Below the pieces are notes generated by a model. It made no database searches. It worked only from the letters and a program-made list of their open reading frames with translations, and was not told where the DNA came from. DNA of 64,000 nt from Acidobacteriota bacterium. GTDB lineage: Bacteria > Acidobacteriota > UBA890 > WLXD01. How positions within the stretch are numbered: the stretch's first letter is position 1; each line of letters begins with the position of its first letter. The stretch covers positions 2,560,001-2,624,000 of the forward strand of contig CBDFKD010000002.1 of the NCBI GenBank assembly GCA_965248695.1, in the 5' to 3' direction. The position numbers and the translations under genes were made by a program. Of this stretch, positions 45,430 through 55,671 are shown piece by piece.

Positions 45430-46716
45430 CTAGTCGAACGACCAACGCGTCAGCGTATCTCCGGCCCTGACCAAGAGGTCGCCATCGTGGATAAGCGGAT
45501 ACGCCCAGACGGCAGCGTCGGCGATCGTATAGTCGGCAATGAGCTCGAGCCCGGGCCGCGTTCGGCGCGCCACGTGAAGATCCCCTTCGTTCATGACGAA
45601 GAACACGTAGTCGCCCGCCGCCAGCACCGCACCGTTCTCTCCCGAGCGCCCATCGGTGATCCAGTGGGTCGCGCCGGTGACCGGGTCGAGAGCGAACAGC
45701 TGGCCCTTGCGCTGGCCGGAGATGCCGAACAACTCGGCGCCCTCGAGCACGAAGTTGCTCCAAAATGGTTTGATCTCGTCATTGGTCCAGACCGTGTCGA
45801 CCGTCCAGCCATCGCCGGCTCGCATCGGAGCGATGGCCACCGTCCCCGGCCGGATCCCGGCGATGATGACCACCTGTCCGGCAACGATCGGAGAGGGGAT
45901 GTTGGTCGAGCAGGAACCCGGGACGCCCGGCAGCGGGTGCTCCCAGAGAAACGTGCCGCTGTCCGCCTCGAGCGCCACCACCGCCTCGTCGGTCATGGTC
46001 AGAATCTGGCGAACGCCCTCGATTGTCGCCAGCACCGGCGACGCGTTCCCGGCCGCCGGCCCGGTCCAGGTCCACGCCGTGTCACCGGTCGCCAGGGTCA
46101 ACGCAAACACCTCACCCGAATCATCGTCGCCGATTTGCAAGACGACGCGGTCGTCGACGATCAACGGCGACGATGAGGCACCACAGCTGCGCTGGACCTC
46201 GACGATGCGATCGCCGAAATCACGACGCCAGCGCAGCTCACCCGACTCGGCGTCGTACGCCGAAGCGATCCCGTGCACGCCAAACGCGTAAAGGGTGCCC
46301 GCGTGCAGGACCGGGGTCGCATAGGGTCCCTCTCCCTCGCTTTCGGCGAATTCGGGGGCCTTGGTGGTCGGAGCCGCGTAGTCGTCGCTCCAGACCGGGT
46401 CGCCGGTGGCGAAATCGAGCGCCGACACATGCTCGCGCTGGTCGCCGCGGCTGTGGACGTAGACCCTAGCGCCGTCGGTTACCGGCGACGCGTAGCCGGC
46501 CCCGATGTTCCGGTCCCAGACTGCTGACGGGGCGTCCGGCCACTCTTCCGGGCCAGTGAACTGCAGCGCGACTCCGTCGCGATTGGGGCCGCGGAACTGC
46601 TCCCATGCGGCCGCCGCCTGTGGGACGTCGGCCTCACCGCATCCCACCATCAGCGCCGACGCCGACAGCAGAATGCCGACCGATGGGACACGCCCGTCTG
46701 GATACCGCCTGTTCAT
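45430..46716 (-). CDS. PQQ-like beta-propeller repeat lipoprotein
   Basis: Lipobox MVGC; WEQFRGPNRDG; repeated ALD..TG..W blades. Confidence 0.85.
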   Translation of the reverse strand: MNRRYPDGRVPSVGILLSASALMVGCGEADVPQAAAAWEQFRGPNRDGVALQFTGPEEWPDAPSAVWDRNIGAGYASPVTDGARVYVHSRGDQREHVSALDFATGDPVWSDDYAAPTTKAPEFAESEGEGPYATPVLHAGTLYAFGVHGIASAYDAESGELRWRRDFGDRIVEVQRSCGASSSPLIVDDRVVLQIGDDDSGEVFALTLATGDTAWTWTGPAAGNASPVLATIEGVRQILTMTDEAVVALEADSGTFLWEHPLPGVPGSCSTNIPSPIVAGQVVIIAGIRPGTVAIAPMRAGDGWTVDTVWTNDEIKPFWSNFVLEGAELFGISGQRKGQLFALDPVTGATHWITDGRSGENGAVLAAGDYVFFVMNEGDLHVARRTRPGLELIADYTIADAAVWAYPLIHDGDLLVRAGDTLTRWSFD

Positions 46717-46748
46717 GATCGGCGTAGCTTACACCTCGCGGCGAGCGC

Positions 46749-49460
46749 CTACTCCGATCGCAGCGACCGAACCGGATCGAGCGCAATTGCCCGTCGCGCC
46801 GGCAACAGGCTGGCAACGAGGGCCACGGCTACGAGTACCGCGGCCGCGCCAACGTAGGTCAGCGGATCGGTCGACCGCACGCCGAATAGAAGCGACGACA
46901 CCAAGCGGCTGAGCCCCATCGCCACCACCAAGCCAATCACGGTGCCCAGCCCGACCCATGCCATCCCCTGCCCCACGACCCATCGGGCGACGTCTCGACC
47001 GCGCGCTCCGAGCGCCATCCGGATGCCGATCTCGCGAGCGCGCTGCGCCACGGCATTGGAGACCACGCCGTACACGCCGATGCCGGCGAGCAGTAGCGCC
47101 AGGCCGGCGAACAAGCCAACGAGCAGCGCCGAGAAACGTGGTTGCGACACCGACCGTCCCACCAGTCCGTCGAGCGTGGCGACCGCCACGATCGTCTGAT
47201 CCGGATTGACCTCCCAGATCGCCGCGTGGATGTTCGACAACAACGCCACCGGATCGCCCTCGGTGCGCACGACAAGCGTCATGCCGACTCGCGTCACCTG
47301 ACGCAGGGAGGTGTAGACGACGTTGCGGATCTCCTCATCGAGGCTCGCCTGGCGTACGTCGCCGACGACGCCGATAATCTCCAGCTCGGTGGGACCCGCG
47401 GCAATCCTCTGCCCGATCGGATCCGCATCCGGCCAGAAGCGCTCCGCCATGCTCTCGTTGATGATGCCGACCAGCCGATCGAGCGAGCCGTCGTCGGCCG
47501 CTGTGAAGTCGCGGCCGGCGATCCGCGGCATCCCCATCGCCTCGAAGATCCCGTCGGAGGCGAAACGCATTGCAGCCGACGGTTCCTGTCCCTCAGCTGG
47601 TTGGGGCTGTCCGACCACGGTGAATCGAAAATCCTCCCCCTGAAAAGTGTCGCGGGCCAGCGGCATGGGGCGTACGAGACCAGCTGCGACAACGCCGGGT
47701 ACCTGGCGAACACCATCGAGTACGTCGGTGAAGAACTGCTGCATGTCCTCGGTGGTCACGTACTTGTAGCCCGGTGCGGTGACCTGCATCGATACAGCGC
47801 GCTCGGCCTGGAATCCGGGATCGACGCGAAGCAGGTTGTCCAGGCTTCGCAGCAAGAGACCGGCTCCGATGGCCAGCACCACTACCAGCGCCGCCTCGGC
47901 GGCGATGAGCACGCCGCGCATTCGGTTGCGGCCTTGCGCCTCGGCAGTGCTACCGCCAGCTAGCCGGAGCTCCGCTTGAAGATCTCCGCGCCAGGCACGC
48001 CAGGCGGGAGCAAGCCCGAACAGCGATCCGGTGACCAGGGACGCCAACGCCGCGAAGATCAACGTGGTGGGATCCAGCCCCACCTCGTCGAGTCGCGGAA
48101 CCGTTACCGGCGCCATGGCTATCAATCCGCGCAGCGCCACGGCGCCAGTTGCCAGGCCGGCGGTGCCACCCACCGCGGCGAGCAAGACAGCCTCGGTCAG
48201 CAGCTGCCGCGCCAGGCGGGCGCGACTCGCGCCCAGCGCCGAACGCACAGCAAACTCGCGGGTCCGCGCCTGCGACCGCACCAGCATGAGGTTGGCCACA
48301 TTGGCACAGCAGATCAGCAGCACCGTGCCGACCGCGCCCAGGAGGATCAACAACGCCGCGCGAACACCCCCTGTGAGCTGCTCGTGCAGCGGCAGGAGAC
48401 GAACCTCGGTCAGTTGCTCGTTGGACTCCGGATACTCGGCCGCAAGCCGACCCGCCACCGTCGTCAGGTCGGCCTGTGCCGCCTCGAGACTCACGCCGGG
48501 CTTCATGCGCGCGATCCCGGCGAGGAAGCGTACAAAGCGCTTGCGAGGAATGCCGCTTTCGGGGATGAGCGACAGCGGCACCCAGATCTCGGCGTCCGTC
48601 GACGGGTAGTCGAAGCCGGGTGGCATGACGCCAACTACGGTGAACGGGCTGTCGCTTAGTGTGATTGTGCGGCCGATGGCGTTCGGATCGCCGTGAAAGC
48701 GCCCTTGCCAGGCGCGATACGACAGGACGGCGACGGCGTCATCGCCTTCGACGTGGTCGTCGACCTGCAACGTGCGACCGAGCATTGGAGGCGTACCGAG
48801 CGTCTCGAAGAACATCTCCTCGACGAAGTGCGCCTGCAACGCCTCGGGCCGGTCTCCGCCGGTCAGTACGAAGCCGCTGAGCGACAGGGAGGGGAAAGCG
48901 GAGATCTGCTCGAACGAGGAACTCTGGTCGCGCCAGTCACGAAGATCGTCGGGTGAGATGGTCCCACGCCACACATCGCGCTCCGGGAAGGCCGAGTAGA
49001 TGCGCACCAGCCGATCTGGCTGCGGGTACGGGAGCGGCCGCAATAGCACGGCGTTGACGATACTGAAGATGGCCGTGTTGGCGCCGATCCCCAGTGCCAG
49101 AGTCAGCACCGCGGCGATGGCGAAGGCGGGGCTCTTGGCCAGGGCGCGCAGTCCGTACTTGAGATCCTGCAGAATCGATACGGTCATTTCGAGGAAACCC
49201 AACCGATGCGGGGATCGAGGTTCGAATAGATGTGGACGACGTAGAGCTCGCAACCGACGTGAGAACACCAGACTTGATGCCTGAGCCCCATACCAGAGCG
49301 CCGCCATGAGCCACGAGCGCCGTGCCCGTATCTCGACGTATTCCTCGCGAAGATCGCCGACGATGAACCGACCCGCCGGGGATGCCGACAGGCGGCGTTG
49401 AAGCCAGGCCTCGGCGCGCCGGGGCGGTGCGGGAGCGGCGGGCCCTTCCGTCGAGCTCAC
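46749..49460 (-). CDS. ADOP-type duplicated MacB/FtsX-like permease with N-terminal prefix domain
   Basis: PPRRAEAWL...IVGDLREEY prefix; [22 protein letters not shown] and [13 protein letters not shown]; overlaps the PadR stop. Confidence 0.92.
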   Translation of the reverse strand: MSSTEGPAAPAPPRRAEAWLQRRLSASPAGRFIVGDLREEYVEIRARRSWLMAALWYGAQASSLVFSRRLRALRRPHLFEPRSPHRLGFLEMTVSILQDLKYGLRALAKSPAFAIAAVLTLALGIGANTAIFSIVNAVLLRPLPYPQPDRLVRIYSAFPERDVWRGTISPDDLRDWRDQSSSFEQISAFPSLSLSGFVLTGGDRPEALQAHFVEEMFFETLGTPPMLGRTLQVDDHVEGDDAVAVLSYRAWQGRFHGDPNAIGRTITLSDSPFTVVGVMPPGFDYPSTDAEIWVPLSLIPESGIPRKRFVRFLAGIARMKPGVSLEAAQADLTTVAGRLAAEYPESNEQLTEVRLLPLHEQLTGGVRAALLILLGAVGTVLLICCANVANLMLVRSQARTREFAVRSALGASRARLARQLLTEAVLLAAVGGTAGLATGAVALRGLIAMAPVTVPRLDEVGLDPTTLIFAALASLVTGSLFGLAPAWRAWRGDLQAELRLAGGSTAEAQGRNRMRGVLIAAEAALVVVLAIGAGLLLRSLDNLLRVDPGFQAERAVSMQVTAPGYKYVTTEDMQQFFTDVLDGVRQVPGVVAAGLVRPMPLARDTFQGEDFRFTVVGQPQPAEGQEPSAAMRFASDGIFEAMGMPRIAGRDFTAADDGSLDRLVGIINESMAERFWPDADPIGQRIAAGPTELEIIGVVGDVRQASLDEEIRNVVYTSLRQVTRVGMTLVVRTEGDPVALLSNIHAAIWEVNPDQTIVAVATLDGLVGRSVSQPRFSALLVGLFAGLALLLAGIGVYGVVSNAVAQRAREIGIRMALGARGRDVARWVVGQGMAWVGLGTVIGLVVAMGLSRLVSSLLFGVRSTDPLTYVGAAAVLVAVALVASLLPARRAIALDPVRSLRSE

Positions 49461-49786
49461 TGTTCGAGTGCGCTCTCGAGACCTTCCGAGAGCCTGTTGA
49501 TCGCCCGCTGCGACGTCCGCAGCGCCGCGACCCCGTCATCCGTGACAGTGAACCGCCGGCGCGGAATCCCTCCGCGAGCGGGCGAAGAATCTTCGACTTG
49601 CCAGCCCAAGAACCCTTTGTCCTCGAGCCTGGCCAGGGTCCCGTACAGCGCCCCACGCGCCACCGATCGGCCGGCGCGCTCCTCAATGCGCCGTCGCACG
49701 CCGATCGCGTGCGCCGCATCGCCGAGCTGCATCACCGCCAGCAGAACCAGATGCTCGAACTCGCCCAGGAACCCCGTACCGCCCAT
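49457..49786 (-). CDS. PadR-family transcriptional regulator (short type)
   Basis: [26 protein letters not shown] and RRRFTVT motifs; coupled to the ADOP gene. Confidence 0.9.
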   Translation of the reverse strand: MGGTGFLGEFEHLVLLAVMQLGDAAHAIGVRRRIEERAGRSVARGALYGTLARLEDKGFLGWQVEDSSPARGGIPRRRFTVTDDGVAALRTSQRAINRLSEGLESALEQ

Positions 49787-49800
49787 GCTCGCCCTCTCGG

Positions 49801-49853
49801 TGTCTATTTAACAGACATCGACTACTTTAGCGACATCGAACAGGCACACGCAA
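49801..49853 (-). promoter_or_regulatory. Putative sigma70 promoter and operator of the padR-ADOP pair
   Basis: Minus strand TTGCGT-N18-TAAAGT, followed by inverted repeat TGTCT-N7-AGACA (49801-49817). Confidence 0.4.
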
Positions 49854-49898
49854 GTCCGCCGAGGAGTGGCAGGGCGCGGGGGACGGACCGGCTCTAGG

Positions 49899-50270
49899 TC
49901 AGGCGCGCAGACGGCCGCCGTACAGAGTCGCCGGGACGATGAGCCCCAGGAAGATCAGGTGGTACCAGATAGGCATGAGCTCCCAGCTGGACGCCTGGGC
50001 GAACACCCCGATCGCGAGCTGCACGATTGCCAGTGCCCAGACCGCCTTCATGCGATCGACGCTAGCGACCGCCGCGGTCACGTAGCCCGCCAGCAGCGAG
50101 AGGACGACGCTCCACACGATGAGGCCGAGCAGCACACCGGTGTGATCGCTGATCGCCGCCAGATCCTGCGCCACATCCGGTAGGCGCGAGAGGAGAATCT
50201 GATTGCCGACGACCCAGAGCACTCCCCAGACCAGCGCAACAGCAACCACCGCAACGATCCGTCGTCCCAT
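49899..50270 (-). CDS. Small integral membrane protein (4 TM)
   Basis: Four hydrophobic segments; PIWYH motif; GGGAGAG RBS. Confidence 0.7.
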   Translation of the reverse strand: MGRRIVAVVAVALVWGVLWVVGNQILLSRLPDVAQDLAAISDHTGVLLGLIVWSVVLSLLAGYVTAAVASVDRMKAVWALAIVQLAIGVFAQASSWELMPIWYHLIFLGLIVPATLYGGRLRA

Positions 50271-50453
50271 AAGTGCTCTCCCTCGGTAATGGCCGTCGAG
50301 CGCTCACAGGAGATCGAGCCCCGGCCGAGATCCGGTGCGCTGTATACAATGTGTTCGAAGTCAGCCCCATCGAATCACGGTACCGTGCCAGGGTCTGGCA
50401 ACGTGCCCTCGGGCATGGCACGACGAGCTCGCGCTCATAGGGTGCAGGGATCT

Positions 50454-51440
50454 GTGGAAGCGCGCATCGGACTACTCGGGTTGGGTGCCTATACGCCCGA
50501 CCATTGCAAGACCAACGACGACTGGGCACGCTTCGTCGACACCACCGACGAGTGGATCACGGCGCGTACCGGGATCAAACGTCGCCGCATCGCCGCCGAC
50601 GACCAGAGCACCGTCGATCTGGCGGCCGCCGCGGCGCAAGCGGCGATCGACGACGCCGACCTGCAGGCGTCGGATATCGACGAGATCATCGTCGCCACCG
50701 ACACGCCCGAGGCGTACTGCCCAGACAGTGCCGCGTTTCTGCAGGAGCGGCTCGGGGCGCGGCAAGTGCCGGCTTTCGATCTCGGCGGCTCCGGATGTGC
50801 CGGCTTCGTTCTGGCCCTCGACGTAGCCCGCGCCCGCGCCTTGCAGCAGGACCGCCGCATTCTCGTCGTCGGCGTGGAGGTGCTCAGCCGGCTCGTGAGC
50901 TGGAAGGACCGCGAGACCTGCGTGCTCTTCGGCGACGCTGCCGGAGCCGTGGTTCTGGGTCGGGGCCCGGACGCGGTCGAGATCGTCGCCGCTTCGGCGG
51001 GCACCGACGGCTCGCAGGCCGAGATCCTGTGGCTGGAAACCGGCGGTACCCGGGCGCCCTTCAACCGTGAGCGCGCTGAAGCCGGCCTGCATCGCAATCT
51101 GGTGATGAACGGCCGCGAGGTCTTCCGACAGGCGGTACATCACATGAGCAAGGTGTCAGCCGACGTCCTGGAGCAGGCGGGAGTGTCGATCGACCAGGTA
51201 GCTCTGGTGGTACCGCATCAGGCCAACCTGCGTATCATCAACGCTGTCGGCAAAGCGCTGCGGGTCGATCCCGCTCGCGTGTTCACCAACGTGCAAGAGT
51301 ACGGCAATACCGGCTCGGCGTCGGTCCCGCTGGCGCTGTGGGAGGCGCGCGAGACCGGCCGAATCGCTGCCGGTGATCTGGTGTTGCTCACCGCGTTCGG
51401 CGCCGGATTTCATTGGTCTGCGGTGCTGTTGCGCTTCTGA
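50454..51440 (+). CDS. fabH: Beta-ketoacyl-ACP synthase III
   Basis: WITARTGI, catalytic CAGF, LFGDAAGA, HQAN and GNTGSAS motifs; start uncertain (50415 or 50454). Confidence 0.88.
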   Translation: MEARIGLLGLGAYTPDHCKTNDDWARFVDTTDEWITARTGIKRRRIAADDQSTVDLAAAAAQAAIDDADLQASDIDEIIVATDTPEAYCPDSAAFLQERLGARQVPAFDLGGSGCAGFVLALDVARARALQQDRRILVVGVEVLSRLVSWKDRETCVLFGDAAGAVVLGRGPDAVEIVAASAGTDGSQAEILWLETGGTRAPFNRERAEAGLHRNLVMNGREVFRQAVHHMSKVSADVLEQAGVSIDQVALVVPHQANLRIINAVGKALRVDPARVFTNVQEYGNTGSASVPLALWEARETGRIAAGDLVLLTAFGAGFHWSAVLLRF

Positions 51441-51500
51441 TGGGCGCTCAATCGCTGATGTTTCGTCTTCACAATTCGGTCTTGTTCCCTCGGAGGTTCC

Positions 51501-52265
51501 GTGCGCCACGCCACAAAGCTGATGTCGACGATCCTGCTAGCCGTTCCGTTCATCTTATCGGCCGGTATCGCCGAGGCTCAGGGCCCACGCGACCTGCCGC
51601 TCGGAGAGATGACGGCGGCGCAGGTGATTAGCGGCGACGGCGCCACGTTCCGTTTTGTAGCGGAAACCAGCGGGCTGCTCACAGTCATCATCCATGGCGA
51701 GGACATCGATCTGTTCATCGAGGTCAGCGACGCCGTCGGCCAGCTGGTGGAGGACGGCCGCGTCGATTTCGACCTGTTCGGCAACACCGGCACGGAGCAT
51801 TTCTCGCGTGCTCTGCGTCGACCGGGCGAGTACCAGGTCCGCGTCGGCAGCTTCATGTCGGAGCTTGGCGAGTTCACTATCGGCGCCAGCTGGCTGCCGG
51901 TAGCCGTGATCGAGGTGCCGCCCGACGCTGACGGCACTCCCGACACCGCGACGGCGCTATTGCCGGGAACGCCGATCGAGGACAGGCTCGACCCCTCGAC
52001 CGGCGACGGCTCCGACTGGTATTTCGTCGAGGCGGCCACGGACGTCGTGCTGACAGTGATCACCGAGGGCGAGGATGACGTTTTCCTCGAGGTCTACAAC
52101 GCCGACGACTTCAGCAGCTACATGGACCGCTCGGATCAGGACCTGCAGGGCAGCGGCGGCAACGAGTCGGTCACCGTCCGCCTGAGAGCCGGCGAGAGAG
52201 CGTACTTCAAGGTCGTGCCGTTCTCGGGATCGGTTAGCTACAGCATCCGCGCAGGAGTGATGTAA
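51501..52265 (+). CDS. Secreted protein with two PPC-like beta-sandwich domains
   Basis: GGAGG RBS and signal peptide; repeated G.DIDL.../G.DDVFL and DWY motifs. Confidence 0.6.
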   Translation: MRHATKLMSTILLAVPFILSAGIAEAQGPRDLPLGEMTAAQVISGDGATFRFVAETSGLLTVIIHGEDIDLFIEVSDAVGQLVEDGRVDFDLFGNTGTEHFSRALRRPGEYQVRVGSFMSELGEFTIGASWLPVAVIEVPPDADGTPDTATALLPGTPIEDRLDPSTGDGSDWYFVEAATDVVLTVITEGEDDVFLEVYNADDFSSYMDRSDQDLQGSGGNESVTVRLRAGERAYFKVVPFSGSVSYSIRAGVM

Positions 52266-52300
52266 CCGCCTGGCGGCTAGCAGGCCGTCGTGAGCGTGTG

Positions 52301-52582
52301 CTAGCTGTCGTCGGCGAGTGTAGAGAGAACTGCAGCGGCCTCGTCGTCGCTGAGCACCGGTGTGATCGTGTGGTCGACGACGTCGCTCCATTCGGCAGCG
52401 AACTGGTAAATAGCCGTCGGTTCCTCGGTCTCGATCAGAATAAAGCCGTGCCGGCCGGCGGCCGCATGCCAGCGATCAACGATCGTCATTCCCTCTGACG
52501 CCGTGCCGCCGGTGTCGAGAAAACGCTCGACGGCGGTCTCCCAGGCATCTGAAGGAACCGAGTAGGTCATCATGAAGCGCAC
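52301..52582 (-). CDS. DUF3303-like small protein
   Basis: GTG start after GGAGG; (V)RFMMTY, RWHA, W..ITPVL.D pattern. Confidence 0.7.
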   Translation of the reverse strand: MRFMMTYSVPSDAWETAVERFLDTGGTASEGMTIVDRWHAAAGRHGFILIETEEPTAIYQFAAEWSDVVDHTITPVLSDDEAAAVLSTLADDS

Positions 52583-52754
52583 GGCGCGCCTCCAGGCACA
52601 CATCAACGGAAATCGATCGCTCGCCGAGACTCTAGCGCCGCGCGCGCACTTGCACAACGGCGCTGCCGTGGAGCTGACTATCGAGTTCCCTTGCTGTCCG
52701 AGCCGCGAAGCGCATCGCACCGGCGGCGCTGCCGCCGACTCAGCTGCGGTCCAG

Positions 52755-55661
52755 CTATCGTCGTAGCTGATCCCGGACCACCTCGACCCAGTGCTGCGCT
52801 GCGCGACCGGTGAAGTGCTCGATCTGGTGACGGCAGCTGAAGCCGCAGGCGATCAGCGACGCATCCTCGTCGAGCTCCCGAACTGCCGGGAACAGCCGAT
52901 CCTCGCCGATCTGGCGTGAGATCCCGTAGTGCTCCTTCTCGTAGCCGAACGAGCCCGCCATGCCGCAACACCCGGAATCCACCTCGTCCACCACCAGCCC
53001 GGGCACAAGGCTCAGCACCCGCTTCATGGCGGCAGTACCGTAGAGGGCCTTCTGGTGACAGTGGCCGTGGATCAGCACGCGGTCGGTGGTGGTCGCGAAA
53101 GACGGCTCGAGCCGGCCGGCAGCAATCTCGGCGTCGAGGAAGACGTCGATCATCATGACGCCGCCGGCGACACGGTCGGCGAGCGCCTGGTCCGCTACCA
53201 GATCGGGGAGATCATCGGTCAGCGCGGAAGCACAGCTGGGCTCGCAGACGAGCACCGGTACTCCGCGCTGAGCGTACGCATCGAGCTGTCGAAGGGTCGC
53301 CTCGCCGTCGCGCCGGGCCAGGCGCAGGAATCCGTGTGAGATGCGCGGGCGCTGGCAGCAACCGCCCGAGACCAGCTCGACGCGGTAGCCGAACGACGTC
53401 AGCAACTCGATAGCAGCTCTGCCGATATCGGGCTCGTGGCAGTCCAGGTAGGTGTCGGCGAACAGGGCGACCTCGCGCCCCGTACCCGTCGCTGCCTCCC
53501 CGTCCGACCAGCCGTGCAGCGGCTCCCGGTCCATCCAGCCACGCAATGGCTCGGCGGCCACAGCAGGCAACGTGCGGCGGCGATCAAACCCCACCAGCGC
53601 TTCGAGCAGGTAACGAAATACCGAGCTCCGCTGGGCCGCGTTGACCAGCGGCGCCCACCCACCAGCCAGCCGCCGCGCCATCATCGCCGAATCACGAATC
53701 AGACGATCGCGTAGCGACGCGCCGTTACGGTCATAGACCTTCTGCAGCACCTCGCTCTTGAGCGTCGCCATGTCGACATTGGACGGGCACTCCGTCTTAC
53801 AGGCCTTGCAAGACAGGCAGAGATCGAGCGCACCGCGTACAGGTGCGCTCGTGAGTCCGTCGGCGCCGAGCTGCCCCGACATCGCCAGACGCAGCGCGTT
53901 ACCGCGACCGCGCGTCGAGTGCTCCTCGTCGCGCGTCGCCATGTAGCTGGGACACATCGTGCCGCCGAGCGTCTTGCGACAAGCTCCAACGCCGCTGCAC
54001 ATCTCGACCGCGGCCGCGAAGCTCCCGTCGGCACGATACTGGAACACCGAGTCGCCGATATCAGCGCCGTAGGCGGCACCGTAGCGGAGGTTCTGGTCCA
54101 TCGGCGCGGCATCGACGATCTTGCCAGGGTTCATCAGATTGTCGGGATCGAACAGCGCCTTGATCTGACCGAACGCGGCGTAGATCTGCGGGCCGAAGTA
54201 GCGCTCGTTGAAGGGGCTCCTGACCAGGCCGTCACCATGCTCACCCGACCAGGCGCCGCCGTACTGGACCACGAGCTCGAACGTGCGCTCGGCGATCTGC
54301 TGCATCTTCTCGATGTCCTCGCCACGCCGCAGATCGAGAATCGGGCGCACGTGGATCACACCGACGCTGGCATGCGCGTACATCGCGGCCTCGACGTCGA
54401 GCTCGCGGCAGATGCCGAGCACCTTGGCGATGTACTCCGGAAGCAGCGGCACTGGAATCGCCGCGTCCTCGATGAACGGCAACGGTTTGCGATCGCCCTT
54501 CATTCCCAGCATCAGGCCGAGGCCGTTCTTGCGAACCTCCCAGACACGCGCCTGCGCGTCGACATCAAGCAACACCGGGAAGGCGTACCCGAGACCACGG
54601 GCCGGCAGATCGGCGGCCACCTGCCGGGCGCGCTCGGCGACGTCCGCCGCCGTATCGCCGTAGAACTCGACGATGAGCACCGCCTCTGGATCTTGCTGCA
54701 GGAAATCGCAGCTCTGCGCCGCCTGGCGGTTGTCGCGAGCCAGACGCAGGACGGTTCGATCGAGAATCTCTACCGCCGAGGGACCGTACGGCAGGATGTG
54801 CTCGACGGCGGTGATCGACTCGAGCAGGTCAGCGAAATGTGCCACGCAGATCGCCGTGTGACGCGGCAGCGGCTCGAGCCGAAGCGTGGCCTCAAGGGTG
54901 ACCGCCAGCGTGCCCTCGCTACCGACGAGGATCTTGGCCGGGTTCCAGTCGACGTCGGAAACCAGCTCATCGAGCGCGTAGCCGCCGACCCGGCGCATGA
55001 CCTCCGGGTAACGGGCGGCGATTTCGGAACGATTGTCGTCGACGATCTGCCGCAGCTGACGATAGATGCCGGCCTCACGGCCGTCTCCCTCTGTACAGCG
55101 TGCGATCTCGCCGGGCGAGAGACGCCGCAACTCCATCTCGGTGCCATCGGCCAGCAGCGTCTTGAGCGCCTCGACGTGGTCGATCGTCTTGCCGAAGAGG
55201 ATGCTCTTGGTTCCCGAGGAGTTGTTGCCGACCATGCCACCGATGTTGGCGCGATTGGCGGTCGCCGGGTCCGGTGCGAAGTGCAGTCCATGCCCGGCCA
55301 CCGCCGCGTTGAGCTCGTCACGCACCAGACCGGGCTCGACGCGTACGGTGCGCGCCTCGACGTCGAGCTCGAGGATCCGATTCATGTGCTTGGAGAAGTC
55401 GAGCACCATCGCCGCGCCGACGGTCTGCCCGGCGAGGCTGGTGCCGCCGCCGCGCGGCAAGATGGGAAGCCGATGACGAACGGCGATCGCCACCGCGTTG
55501 CGGACGTCGTCGGTGTCGTGCGGTAGCACCACCACAACGGGCAGGATCTGGTAGTTGCTCGCGTCGGTGGCGTAGATGCCCAGCGAGAGCTCGTCGGTAA
55601 GCACCTCGCCACGGATCTGCTCACGCAGCTCGCCAAGGGCGCCGGAGACGTCGGCGATCAT
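52755..55661 (-). CDS. FAD-binding / 4Fe-4S / CCG-domain oxidoreductase (D-2-hydroxyacid dehydrogenase-like)
   Basis: PRGGGTSLAGQ, SGEHGDG, CSGVGAC, CLSCKACKTECP, HGHCH and CCGMAG motifs. Confidence 0.88.
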   Translation of the reverse strand: MIADVSGALGELREQIRGEVLTDELSLGIYATDASNYQILPVVVVLPHDTDDVRNAVAIAVRHRLPILPRGGGTSLAGQTVGAAMVLDFSKHMNRILELDVEARTVRVEPGLVRDELNAAVAGHGLHFAPDPATANRANIGGMVGNNSSGTKSILFGKTIDHVEALKTLLADGTEMELRRLSPGEIARCTEGDGREAGIYRQLRQIVDDNRSEIAARYPEVMRRVGGYALDELVSDVDWNPAKILVGSEGTLAVTLEATLRLEPLPRHTAICVAHFADLLESITAVEHILPYGPSAVEILDRTVLRLARDNRQAAQSCDFLQQDPEAVLIVEFYGDTAADVAERARQVAADLPARGLGYAFPVLLDVDAQARVWEVRKNGLGLMLGMKGDRKPLPFIEDAAIPVPLLPEYIAKVLGICRELDVEAAMYAHASVGVIHVRPILDLRRGEDIEKMQQIAERTFELVVQYGGAWSGEHGDGLVRSPFNERYFGPQIYAAFGQIKALFDPDNLMNPGKIVDAAPMDQNLRYGAAYGADIGDSVFQYRADGSFAAAVEMCSGVGACRKTLGGTMCPSYMATRDEEHSTRGRGNALRLAMSGQLGADGLTSAPVRGALDLCLSCKACKTECPSNVDMATLKSEVLQKVYDRNGASLRDRLIRDSAMMARRLAGGWAPLVNAAQRSSVFRYLLEALVGFDRRRTLPAVAAEPLRGWMDREPLHGWSDGEAATGTGREVALFADTYLDCHEPDIGRAAIELLTSFGYRVELVSGGCCQRPRISHGFLRLARRDGEATLRQLDAYAQRGVPVLVCEPSCASALTDDLPDLVADQALADRVAGGVMMIDVFLDAEIAAGRLEPSFATTTDRVLIHGHCHQKALYGTAAMKRVLSLVPGLVVDEVDSGCCGMAGSFGYEKEHYGISRQIGEDRLFPAVRELDEDASLIACGFSCRHQIEHFTGRAAQHWVEVVRDQLRR

Positions 55662-55671
55662 CAGCGCCCCG

